From Yuukianura sp. NJ FZ-2021 (Eukaryota), in the NCBI GenBank assembly GCA_046563655.1, contig CM102289.1, forward strand, positions 8,184,001 to 8,248,000: 64,000 nucleotides of DNA, given 5' to 3'. Each line of letters starts with the position of its first letter. Positions within the stretch are counted from its first letter, which is position 1. The position numbers and the translations under genes are program-made. Below, in pieces: positions 51,256-64,000 of the stretch. The notes under the pieces are model-generated. The model did no database searches. It saw only the letters and a program-made list of their open reading frames with translations, and was not told the origin of the DNA.

Positions 51256-52978
51256 ATGTCAGACGAATTGGTAGCAAAATGTTGGTCCATCGTTATCATT
51301 TTTACGGGGTCACTCGTTTTTGGACTGTTGCCGGCCTTTCGAGTGTTTTCAAGCTTTCCGAGATTTGCGCTGTCACTGACTCTGTCTTATGGCGGTGGAA
51401 TCCTTATTGCAACGTCGCTGGTCCACATTCTTCCGGAGGTAAGGAAACGTTATTTAAACGTCATAATAACGTTAAAGACATGTGCTAATTGGATTCGTTT
51501 TTCCTTAGGCACGAGAAGCCTGGCCCGAAGGCACTGGATTTACGGCAGAGATGAGTCTCTGTATCGGCATATTTATTGTTTATATCGTGGAAGAAATTGC
51601 TCACTTTTTAGTATGTCATGATCTCCATTCGCCGTTGGGCCATCCAGGTATAAACTAAAATTACAACTAAAAAGTGCCAACTAAAATTGCTCAAGTCGGT
51701 TTAGTTTTAGTTAAGATCTGATTTTTTTTGTTTTAGGGGATAGCGACGGTCATAATCATGGTGTACACGTTCATCATGACGATCCGCCGAACCGATGTGA
51801 CGAGCCAGCAGCAGTATTTTTGTTTGCAGAAGAGAAGACTAGTTCTGGTGAACACGGGCAAGGATTGAATCAGAACAATGCAAGTGGGAGATGTCAATCT
51901 CATGGCCATGGAGGAAGTGAAGATCATTCGCATAACCATCATCACCATCACACTCCGAATGGACAGGGAGATCAACATCAGGCTGCTAAACTTTTTTCAG
52001 CTGACGAGGCGGATCATGAAGCAGCCAAGGTCATGCTATCTGTTCGGAATAATAGAGTAAGTGCTTACTCAGCAATTCTTATGCAGTCATCAAGAACTTG
52101 AATTGAAAGATGTTTAAGCTTTTAAAGTTTAATTCAATTGAGTTTATGCTTTTTGTTATAATTTTAGAAAGAAGATCGGAAAACTGTTGTTGCAAGACTT
52201 CGCTCGCTGGTTGGCTTGGTGGCCCTATCTGTACATGCTGGGCTGGAAGGACTCTCTGTTGGGCTTGGGAACGACGCTTCCGATGTTTGGTATCTCTGCG
52301 GTGCCGTGGCTGCACATAAGTTTGTTATTGCATTTTGTCTCGGGATGGAAGTAAGAAATGCTTCTGCCAATGCATGTTCCTTAGTCCAGACTTCGTCAAG
52401 GTTAGAACTCAATGACATTGCATTTCTTATCAGTCGAGTATTATCTTTATGATGACAGACAATGGTTTTTACAATGGGTTATCCTTGAACTTTTTATTTC
52501 AGCGCATCCTTTAAAGTCCGTTACGTCCTGTTCTTTGCTTTAATGACTCCACTTGGAATTGCCACTGGAACGATCATCACAGAACTGTTCAGCCGTTCTG
52601 GATCAGGTTCCACTGTGGACTCAAATGTCACGTTGGTTGCTGTACTTCAGACTCTAGCAAGTGGAACCTTGCTGTATGTTGCCTTCTTCGAGGTAACATG
52701 ACTAATGCTGCCAGTATTTAAACTTATACTGTCTATAATGTCGAGATTATGAATTATATGTTATGTTGCAGGTTATTCTGAGAGAACGAGCTCGGTTTTC
52801 TGGGAAAGGACTGTTTCAACTGATATTTGTGATCATGGGATGGCTGACGATGGTACTCGTGGAAGTTTTTATTGGAGGTCATGATCACTCGGCATCTCAC
52901 CACCATCACCCCGAATGTCCATTACTTCCATCCCACTCTAACGCAATTGAAAATGCCACATTGAACTTAATAACGTAA
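51256..52978 (+). CDS. ZIP/SLC39 zinc transporter (ZIP1-3 subfamily II)
   Basis: GGGILIATSLVHILPE, His-rich cytoplasmic loop, ALSVHAGLEGLSVG (TM4), AVAAHKFVIAFCLG (TM5), MTPLGIATG, LASGTLLYVAFFEVI; 6 coding exons join in frame. Confidence 0.93.
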
Positions 52979-54780
52979 ACCCAAAATCATGAAATGTCTA
53001 TCAAGTATCCTAACTATCATACCGTGTGAAGTACCAAATTACTATTTGGCAATATTATGTGTGTTGTGTTTAAGCTGCTGCTGTTTGTGTAGAATATAAG
53101 TTCAGCTTTTCTGTCAATTGACCTAACCCACCCTTATTCAAAGTCCCACCTTACCCAAAATGTTTTAAAATGTTGTTTGCTGTGTTTGCTTATGCTAAGT
53201 CTGGCACTTCACACTTACAATTTGCAATTTAATTGCAATGGCATTGGCAATGTTATTACATATTATGTTATTGTTGTAATGTTGATATTGAGAATGTTAA
53301 TGTTCAGTATGCTGTCGTGTTTTTTTTTCTTTTGTAAAAACACTTGAATCATGTAAATGTACATGTACTACTCCCAATATTCGCGGAATCCATCCATAAT
53401 GTATATCTATTTTACCAGTGAATATTAACAGACTTAATATGCCACGAAATCTGATTTAATTTAACTATGGATGTTAATTATTTCTGTACTTAAGCTAAAC
53501 GCTACAAGTATTCCTTTGAACTTCACTAATTGAATAGACTAATATTTATGGAAACTGAAGTTTTACATCTGAACCAGTGCTACTAGTGTATGGAATTAAT
53601 TTTAGCTGGAAGATTTTTCCAGCACTTTTCACGTTGTGTGAATAAGTTCAAAAACAATTTAAAATGCACTGTTGAAGATTGTTTCAGATTTTGAATTTTG
53701 TAAAAACAAACCGTGTACTACAGGAAACAAGAGTAAAGTAGTAATTAAATTGTTATTGATCTGAAATGCATAAGTAGCAGCGATCAATTACTTAACTTTT
53801 AGCTTCAATTACTTTCAAGTTAAGTTTGTTCCTGATCGTGGCATGGAATGGTTCCATTGCTAATGTTATTGTTATTTCCAAGTAACTGTCGCCTCTCGTT
53901 CATCCTCGCACATGTACGGTAGACTCCGATTAATACAGCCTTAAAAGATGTCAATTACTTCAGAAACTATTTAAAAGTGAAGTTAAGTTAAAGAATTTAA
54001 CTGCAATTTGCAACTTACTATAGCAAGGAGCAATGCGATTCCGTAGAACATCACCGTAGACAAAATATCGCTATGGTTCAGCATTTTTTTTTCACTTCCT
54101 TCGCAAAATTTCTAACTTTTCGTAAATTTTTTTCCTGATTTCAACACGCTTAAAGTAAGACTGACTAGTTTTTGGAATTTGATGGAAAGTTTTTTCATTT
54201 TTCGGAAATTAATTACTCGTCATGAATTGAATGGGATTTGCATTTTCAGTAGTCTGTTAACGATTAATATTCATATGAGTGGTGAAGACGAAAGTAGTGG
54301 AGGAATTCTAAAACTGTGCGCAGTATAGTACTCGTTAATTAGTTTTTATTTTCTGTTAATTATTATGAACGCAAGTATTTCTATCACTTGATTTCTTAGT
54401 TAGTGTCGTTGCGTTTCTAGTTTAACCGCTTGATGCAGCGTCTTCTGGCTAATGGACAATCCAAAGATGGAAATCACAAATCTCAAATGCTTAACGCTTA
54501 ACATAACGCTAAATGGTAGTTAGTGTAAATGTGGTGTAACCGACCGGTAATATTTGTTACGTGGTAAAGATCGGCTTAAATGCTTAGAGGTAAATGCTTA
54601 CACGTTTAGCTTCTAAATTCGTAAATGCTTCAGTTGAAAATTTTCAGTAGAATTAAATCCAGTCCTACATAATTTCAAGACATCATTTCCATTTTTAGTT
54701 AAATCTCTGAACTGTTAAAAAATTAAGCGTTTGAAATGGTAGAAATGAAGGGCGGACACCACAGGGTTCTTACTTTTTAG

Positions 54781-57385
54781 TCAAGACGTTTCCAAAAATG
54801 GGTTTTTCCTGGGACCAAACATTGACTGCGGAGTGACTGACCTTGTAGGTGTAGAAGCAGATTCCAAGTGACGACGAACAGCATCTCGAGGTAATCCAGC
54901 CGCAGTTGTACTGTTGGTACTGTTACTGCTGTTATTCAGTTGACCTCTATGTTTCTTTGATGTTAACGTTGCAGCTTCAAATAGTGACTCGACAAGACTG
55001 AGCTCAGCGAGGTAGTCGTGACCTCCAGAGGTCAGAATCCGGGACTCCGTTTCTGGTTTCTTATTCGATGAATATAGAAAAACAGCGCCGAGGTGGTTAG
55101 GACTGGGTGAACTGCTGCTGAAACTTCCACGAGAACTAGTAGTGCTCATGTTCGGAGTCCGTATGCTTGCCACTTTTAGGTTCTTCCCATGAGGTTTATG
55201 TGGACTATTGACTGTCAACTTAGCTGGTGATGGGTTGAGGTCAAAAGGCATCGGGATTCGGTCTAGATAGAGTGATCTCCACAGACGAATGTTTGGCATG
55301 GCTGGGTTACAATCAAGTAGCGGGGGATGATTGTTTCTGAATGAAGACGGAGAAGGCGGGTTCAGTATATTTTTTAGTTTGTAGTAAGCGTTGAGTAGAC
55401 TTTTAGGAACAGTTTGAACAGGGTAGAGTCTTGGTTGACGTCGATAAACGTCTTCTTCCTCTGCCTCTTCTTCTGTCAACTCATCTTTAGAAAGTATCCT
55501 ATTCCAAACGTTCAGGTCTCTGCGTAGATCCTAGACAAGAAAATAAATAACGATAATTAAGAAATTCAACTGAAACTGGACGAGGCACAAATTACAAGGC
55601 TTACCAATTTCTTTCGTTGGGACGGAGTATCAAATAGAAAGGAACCCGTGGTCGGATCGAAACAGGAATCCCATATGTCACTTAGCAGAGTTTCGTTGAA
55701 TTCGAAATCAAATGGGTTTTGATGAACCAATTGATGTACACAGTCCAAGAATAACAGAAACAGTGGACTCGAATGCACAAAATTTGAGTGAAACGGATGT
55801 CCTGTTGCAATCCAGTCTTTCTGAATAAGAGTAAATAGGCCAGTGATGGTACGGAACCTTGCATCTAAAAGAATTTGACTCAAGGAACCAATCAGACAAG
55901 ACGTTTCTCGTGACTCGTTTTCTAAAAATTAAACAAACTTCAATCAAAAGCAGCTTATCAAAACTTAGTTGATTGTAAGGAGTCCAAATAGTTACCTTGG
56001 AGGATAACTACGTCATTGTGATTGACGATAGTCTTTGCCACTTCAAGTGAAATGTGTAAAACTTTAGACACCCATGAAAGCCACCTTGTATTGTCCAGAT
56101 TTATTAGAAACGACGAATCAGCATCTTCCACATGTGATAAGGATTCTGGACAGCAGAGTTGAAAGAGACGAGTCAGTGATACACGTATTTCTTTCAATGG
56201 TAGCGTGACATCCAGATTTTGAATGATAGGTGGACGTTTCTGCGGATGTGCTTTCCTCAAAGTCTCAAAAAATAGATTTTCAGCACCACTAAAACAAGAA
56301 AAGACATCGAATTTATCACTTCTTTCCAATTGATAAAAAGAAAACTCAAGTTGTATTGTTGTTTACCAATCGGCTTCATTGTGAAGTTGACTCATACGTA
56401 GAATTGCAGAACCATTGACGTCTCCCCATACCCAAAATGGTGGCCGTGACCCCTTGAGCTTCGCAGCGAGGCTAACCACTCTCACGTCTGGAACATCGGA
56501 TGGAACCACAATGCCTTCTTGTAGGCTGGAAGTAGAAATCATCTTAAAGTTAATTGAAATCAGACAATGAAAACGATATTCCAACGATTTACTTACGATT
56601 CGCAAATTTCAAAGTTCATGTTAGATGTCGAAAGTCGGTAGCCCGCTGTTCGTGAAATCTTAATTTCGCGTAACCAATCTCCGGGAATGTTGTACATAGG
56701 CACGGAACTCATACTTTGGTAATGTCTTCCTGACGTGCGACAGTAGTCCATGTAGAAGAGCTTTTCCGGTTGCGTTGGAAGTGACCAGTGCATCAAAGCA
56801 TTGCATATCTTCTGGCCACGGTCTAACAACGAGAACTTGAAGGAAACTCGCATACACCGGAAATTAGAACAGTTGACCAGTAGTTCTTGAACGCGTGTTG
56901 AAGACGAACAGAACAGAGCAGTATTGCCTGGTGACGATTCTAAAGCTTGATGTCCCAACTTCACTTTTCTTTTTATCTTTCTTCCTCCGGTTCCTTTGGG
57001 TTCTTCGTAAAAACAAAAAGTGTTGATGGCTAGGAGTGGAATTGAATCGTCAGTGGATAAATGATCTGATGAAACAAAGACTAGACGAGCGTTTGTCACA
57101 AATAGGGATCCCGATAGGCCGTTTTTCTTTGAAATTGAAGAAAACTTGAGAACGTTTTCTGCTTCGGCAATTACTATTTCTCCATCAAGGAACTTAGGCT
57201 GAAGAAATGTTCCGTTGACCGGTTTGGGTATCTAAAACAAAAGAAAATAGTTATTAACATTTAATTTTACATTGTTCTTCACTGAAGGCTCCATAAAATT
57301 AGAGATGACATAGTGTAAGTAAACAGAAGCATCTTACCTCCATTTCATATTCTTCCAGTCCCACATAGCTCCTAAATGATCCCAT
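54781..57385 (-). CDS. MTMR10: Myotubularin-related protein 10/11/12 type (catalytically inactive pseudophosphatase)
   Basis: MGSFRSYV N-terminus, PKFLDGEIVIAEAENV, GSLFVTNARL (PH-GRAM), YRLSTSNMNFEIC, LDNTRWL, P-loop replaced by LQENESRETSC, ILLDARFRTITG..LIQKDWIATGHPF, PLFLLFLDCVHQL..P.DFEFNE, IRLWRSLYL. Confidence 0.9.
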
Positions 57386-58919
57386 TTTTATCATTCTGTC
57401 AACAAGAACGATGATTAATTAACTTAAAACTAAGTGGTAATCTGGTTGGAGGGATTAGATTAGAATCCTGAATGATTGAAGTTAAAAAGGCTAGCGGTTA
57501 GTAGCCTATTAGCTGCAGAAACGGTGAAGGTTTACTCGTTTTCCTGGACGTCATCACTGAATATACTCTCTAAAAAAACAAATAGGTCAAGGTCACACAG
57601 TGGTACACTTTTAACGTATCCGCAATAACTAATAAGTGAAATGTCAGATCTTAGTAAATGACATCACGCAAATGTGTAAGTATGTGTGTACTACACTTAA
57701 TTCAGATTCAGTTTGATTACTCGTACAATTACTCGTGTATTTAAATTTGAGTTATTTGCCTTAAAATGACACACATTAGATCAGTCTGTTCCATATACGC
57801 AAAATTTGCCAAAAATGTAAAAAAAAAAACAAGTAAAGTGAAAGTATAAAGTAACAGTAAAATGTGCCTAATATTTCGGATACTTGAGTTTCTGTTGCAA
57901 ATCCTTTCAAAGTTTTTAATTGAGGTAATATTTAGTTTAGTCATTAAGCTGGGATCTTTTCTTTATCGGTCGGATGACATTAATACTCATCGTTTAAATA
58001 TGGCTGAAGTCTGGCCACTTTCTGTCGTATGGGTCATCAAAGTCACATTGGTCACAGCGGGGCATTACTGTACGTTGATTTGTGTACGATAGAACAAACA
58101 GAGACTCTTGACTACACCCGTTTTTCATAATCGCGTATGGGCATTGGAGCCACAATAATAATTAAGCAAACGACGTTTCTGTATAAAAAATACATTAAAA
58201 TATATTAACATAGTACAATTCTCAAGTAATACTTGAGTAATTAGCAGATGGTATTTTTTTTTCTGCGAAATAGCGTTCCAGTAAACAATGACAAGGCGAA
58301 AACTCATTACATTTTTATCTCGTTCCAAAATAAATAAGTAAAGATGTAAAATAAAGATTAAAATGCAGATTAACCCAATTTCGTGTAAAGATGAATTTAT
58401 TGGGAACAATTAAAGTCGCAAAAGAATTCGGTAATTCGAAGAAATCGAAGGGATTTGCACGGATACGACGATGACGAAATGTCCAGTTACTTTCCAAAAT
58501 GATTAAACCAGCTGTTTCTGTAAACACCGTGCTTCCCACGTGCCCGCTAAAATCAAATGGTGAATGATACACAGGCGCGAGATAAGCAGACAGCACAACA
58601 GCAGACGAAACAAAAGATTTTTGCGTGTTGCGATTTTTTAACGATTACTAGTATCTTAGTTATCATACGTTAGTTGTAAACTTTTAATCGTCTTTGTTTA
58701 ATATTGGTTCGTCCCGTTTTGGTAGTTGGTAACTTCAGTTCCGCCTGGGAAGACCGTTGTCATACGGTACTCGTAGAACTTTCTAGAACTCTGAAAAGAA
58801 CTCTTGTGATTGGTAAAGGCGAAGTCACTGGTTAAAAGCTGAGAATAACGTAACTACATCCAACTATACACTAAAAACTAAGGATTTTAAATCTAAATTG
58901 AATTTGGCTAATCATTTAG

Positions 58920-61900
58920 ATGGGAGGAGAAACATTGAAGTTGGAAGTACTTGACCCCGTGCTTCTAGAAGCGGAAAATGTAGGCGACATCTTGAAGATG
59001 TGGGAAGAAAAGTGTGATGCAGCTGATTTCGATCCAGTTCCGTTTCTCACACGGTAAGCTTTTGTGTCAAAGTTGATTGTAAAATATAACCTTGATGCCT
59101 TCATTTGACAAGGTACTGCGTTTGCAAAAACATTGCAGGTACCCTTTGAAATAAAACTAACTATTATTGACTTTTGTTTAGACTTGCGGAGATAGTGGAA
59201 GATGAGATTGATCAATACGTCAAATTAGATCCGGATCCGTTTGACGATCGTCATCCTTTCCGAACGCATCCACAATGTAACTATGGGCAATCTCTGAAGA
59301 CATTGTTCAAAAAGGAAATCTTTATCGACAAACTGGTTACTCACTACATGAAAGAGAAATGGGGCACAAACGACCTTGCTGTTAACACCGCTGCTTGCCG
59401 ACTTTTTATTGGAATTCTGCCTGGCCTAGAGACGTCGGCAGTGTATCAAGTAAGTCAGACAAGTACCGTAATGGTAGTGTTTCGCATTAAGATTGAATTA
59501 ACGCAAATCTAATCTTACACGCCGGATTTATCTAAACTACATCATACTTTTCTTTTTAGGAAACGGAGGATCTAGTACTGAGGCTTTTTAGATGGGCTGA
59601 AACGTCTCCTGATCCTCTACGTACCTACGCCGTAGGTTTGCTTGGAGCTTCAATGGAAGTTCCGGATGTGGCGTCGAAGTTTAGGTGAGCCTTCTATTGC
59701 ATTCACCTTGTATACTCAACAACGAGGTTACATTAATCTGTTAATTCTTCAATCTAAACATGGTTTCTCATTTTTACTGATTGCAGAGAGCACAACATGC
59801 ACTTGGTTCCACTCACTTTGTGCCGCCTGCGAGGACTTCAAGCAGAAATGATAAGTGAAGTGGAGCGTCCTTTTGGCCAGTTTTCTAAAAATACTGCACA
59901 AGATACTGCTCCGCAGAAATTCGCTACTCCAATCAAGCGTAATCCACCGACTTTAACTAACGATCTGGACTTGGAAGGTCAGTTTTCGCCAGTTCCACTT
60001 GCTGTATCTACACCAATTACTGTCTGTGGTCCTCCACTGCCGCCGACCCCTAAGAAAACAACTACACCGTCACTTCACGCATCGGCATCATCGTTATCTA
60101 CTTCAACTTCTAGTAGCTGTAATACTACAGCGTCAAGTGGAGGTGTAAAGAGGAAACGTAATGGGAATCAGGCTAACACCGCTGGAACGGACTCGCCTAG
60201 CCTGCCTGGAAGGAAAAAGAGTCGCATGGACCCAGATGAGGATGAATTATCTTGGAATAGTGACATCATAGGTAAGAACTGACGTTAATTGCAATTGTTA
60301 TATACTTATACATTCTTAGCATCAGCAAGTTATCGATGATTTTGAACGTCATTTATATGTAGTACTAGAAGGACCAGGCATAACCAGAATGATTTTATGT
60401 ACAGGTCAGGACCTCCCCTTGCCATCCCTTGAAGTCCCACATACTCCGTCGAAGCAAGTATCAGGGACGAACGAATGTAGCTCATCTTCTTGGGTTGAAA
60501 TGGAAAGCAACATTATCGGAACCGTAAAAATTTATCCATTGACTCCGGCAAGCAAACAGATTTTGTAAGTTGTTCAATACTAAACCTTACTTCTTTTACT
60601 TGCATAACTTCAGGAGGCATTGTTTACATGATATAATTTTTACTCTCACCAGGACTTTACGGTATTTAACTCCACTCGGAGAGTACCAAGAGGTAAGCTC
60701 TATGCTGTAATGCTGTATTGAGTTTACCAGTTTCCAACCTTCGAAGCTTTAGTGCTAAAATTAGTATGCATTTAATGTGTATTTCGTGTCACCACAGATG
60801 CTAAGTTTCGCATTCAAAAACAACGCCGTGGAATTGATAATGAACTATTTGGATACATTCAAAACGAAGGATTCCCGGTTAACTTTTGAAGCACTCCGGT
60901 ACCTCTCCTCCCTCTTATGCCATAAGAAGTTTGCTTTAGAGTTTATCCGCAAGGGAGGTCTACTGGTGAGTTCTATTCGTCAGAAAATAAATTTTTAATG
61001 CCAGCTATGTTAATATTTGGTTTTTACTTATTTTAGCGAATGTTGAAAATACCTCGTCCAAGTATCTCAGCCACTGGAGTATCACTCTGCCTCTACTACA
61101 TAGCATATGCCGAGGATGCAATGGAAAAAGTTTGCGCTATGCCAAAGAATGTGCTGTCGAATTTGGTCGCGTAAGTTAAATATACTTAGTTTAGCTTCCA
61201 GTGATTGAAACTAATGCTGCTCTCTGACCGTTGACCTTCATTTCATTAGATATGCAATGTGGCTATTAGAGTGTTCTCACGCATCGGGACGAAATCATGC
61301 TTTGATGTTCTTTGGAGCATCTTATCCATTCAAGGTAAAGCTTTTCCGTATTTTAAGTGTTTGCTTTTTGCTATCTCAAATAAGTGTTTTGATTTACGTT
61401 TTCAAAATATTTTCAGGTGATGCTGGATTTGTTTGACTCACAAGATGGACTTCGAGTTGTTCTCAACATTATTTCTACTCTACCGGACTTTGTTGCCGAC
61501 GAAAACGATACTGAGGAGAATCAAATGCTCACGAGACAAGTTGTGCGCCAAGTTGCCTGTAATTTGAAAAGATACTTTGAGTGTCACCTTAGCTTCCTTG
61601 CCGAGAAAATTGAAAAGACAAAACTCCAAGCTGCTCCACCACCAGCTCCTCGTGCAGAAAGTTCCTACTACAAGCCTTTGAAGCACGATCAAACTAAACT
61701 TCGAGAGCTCAATAACTTTGTTCTTCCGCTGATTCCGCTTACTGGTCGTTGGCACCCCGTTGAAAAACTAATCAAACTCGGTGGGCTCAAGTACCTCATG
61801 CAAGTGATTGCATTTGCCTATGACTGGAACTATTCTGGCAGAGCGGAAACTGTGAAGTCTGTGTTGGATGTGTTGTCAATTTGTTGTTTGATTCCTCGCG

Positions 61901-64000
61901 TGCAACTTCTTCTGACTGAAAGGATTTCACTGCAAGGCAGTAACAATCTAACGTATGGGCTAAGTATCATCCTCTCTGCAGCGGAAGGTGAAGTCGTGGC
62001 TGATCGTAAGAAAAAATAGCAACGTATTTTTGATTTTTGGTTTCATTAATAGTTTAACTAAAATGATTTGTTGTTTTTAGCTGATGTTCAACGGAATGCC
62101 CTTACTGTGATTGCCAATTGTGTGTGCGGTTCGTTGACACGGGTATGCTTTACATTAATAACTTTGATTTTGTTAAGTTATTCTTCAATATTTCCTACTT
62201 TTTGTCATAGACCGAAGGTGTGTTGGACAATTTTCAACAACCTGCAGCAGTTTCAAAAACTCCTATGCGGAAGTCCACTATCAAATCATCTGAAGATCTG
62301 CTCAACAAGACTTGGGAATGTGTTCGTGTAAACAATGGGATTCTTATTTTAACTCGCCTCCTTCTTGTCAAAACACCAATCCGAGATGCCGATTCAATTC
62401 GAGCTCTAGCTTGCTGGTGTCTAGCAGGATTAGCTCGATATCTTCCTATCCGTCAAGTACTGGAACAACTTCCTCTAATGAAAAGCGGCCTAATTCAGAT
62501 GCTCATGAGAGAACCAGTGCTTCAAGAAAACCGCCAAGAACATGCGATATTTCAAAAGCATGCCCTGGAACTAATCAAGTTAGTTTACGGCAAAGTTACG
62601 GGAGTGGAGTATGATTTGAATGTCGTTGCAATTCACAAGTCGGACCTCATTTCACAATCACGAATTCACTACAAGGAGAAGCAACTGCTGGAGCTCGTCA
62701 AAGAACATTTACTGTCGAAAGGACTTTATGAATCAGCAGCAACATTAGCCAAAGAAGCTAAACTAGAAAGAGAAGTTCCTGTTCCCGCTCTCCCATCGAC
62801 AAGCAAAGCTCAACTTGTGAATGGTTTGCCGTTGACTCCGTCGAGAAAAGGAAAAAGTTCTTACGGATTTCAAGCTGAACAGTCGATCAAGCCAAAGGAA
62901 AAGCCCGTCACGCTGGATACTATTGTAACGGAGTACTTGACCAATCAACATTCTTTGTGTAAGACTCCGATGGCGATTTGTCCAACATTTGATCTGCTTG
63001 TGCCTCATAAATGTCCTACACCGAAAGCTCGACCACCATCAATCAACTTTGCTGGGAGATTTGGAATGCCTGGGTACTACGACTGGTCAACTGCTGGCAG
63101 TATCAATAGAAAGTTTGTGTATTCAAAATTCAAACCAATCAGGTAAGATTTCGAAAAAAAAAATATATATATATTTTACTTCACTTCAAAATTGCTTCAA
63201 AAATGTAAGTTTCAAGACTAATTTTTGGCGTTCTTGTTACAGGGTTCTCCGATCACCGGAAGAAGACCACTTTTCGACAGCGGCGTTTTCGTCATGCAAT
63301 CAGTGGGCAATCGTTGGAACGCACGGTGGTGAAGTGAAGCTAATCAACATTTTGTCTGGAAACGAAGATGGAACGTATTCTTGTCACGACTCGGAAATTC
63401 ACCATGTTCAACCCAATAGGAAAGGAAATCTACTGCTGACTTCCAATATCTGGAGGCGCCCGTTATCTAAGCTGTGGAGAATGGATACGCTATTCGACAG
63501 CATCATTGAATTCGACAGAGAAGAGTACGTTGAGTTTAGTAAGCTTACACAAGACAAAGTAATTGCCACAAACATGGAACATGCAAATATCTATGACATC
63601 GAAACTCAGAAGAAACTGCTTAGTCTGGAACCTCGCATGTCTAATCAGTACACAAAGAACAGGGCAACGTTTGATCCTAACGACGAGTTGATTCTTTGTG
63701 ATGGTGTACTTTGGGACTTCAAATCTGGGTAAGGAATTACAGTTTTTTACATTGTAGTTTTACCAAAATGTTAGTAAGTTTTTCAAAAATGTAGTTGTAA
63801 CAATGTTTGTGTTTTGAAATTATTCTAGAATCGAAGTACACAAATTCGATAAGCTGAACGAGTCAATTAGCGGAGTCTTTCATCCAATGGGATTAGAAAT
63901 TATTGCGAATTCGGAAGTATGGGATGTCCGAACATTCAAGTTGCTAAGGACTGTAAGAGCACTGGATCAATGCATACCGGTTTTCACGAATGATGGAGAA
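58920..64000 (+). CDS. DCAF1: DDB1- and CUL4-associated factor 1 (VprBP/mahjong); 3' end beyond the window
   Basis: [65 protein letters not shown], LisH ([25 protein letters not shown]), [20 protein letters not shown]40 region [25 protein letters not shown]. Confidence 0.97.

Overview
Eukaryotic, AT-rich, gene-dense animal genomic DNA with mostly 50-90 nt GT-AG introns. Gene content suggests an arthropod, plausibly a springtail (Collembola); this is inference only. Genes in order: most of a class IX myosin/RhoGAP (starts upstream of the window), an orphan Cys-rich secreted/GPI-type protein, a fungal-type MEP/Amt ammonium transporter, Golgi alpha-mannosidase II, SDHAF4, ABHD17, SMAP1/2 ArfGAP, PEX11, an F-box/LRR-like gene interrupted by one in-frame stop, a ZIP zinc transporter, an MTMR10/11/12 pseudophosphatase and the 5' part of DCAF1/VprBP. 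Non-coding features are non-autonomous DNA transposons of three superfamilies (hAT with 8-bp TSD, Tc1/mariner-like with TA TSD, PIF/Harbinger with TAA TSD) and a young 318-bp tandem array whose monomer is a long imperfect palindrome. The most striking signal is the accessory block at about 23.8-29.5 kb. It holds an intact, intron-containing transporter that reads like a fungal MEP (candidate horizontal transfer). It keeps the twin-His pore but has lost the Phe gate and the NH4+ recruitment residues, which suggests a changed function. All homology calls are from motif recognition by eye; no searches were run.
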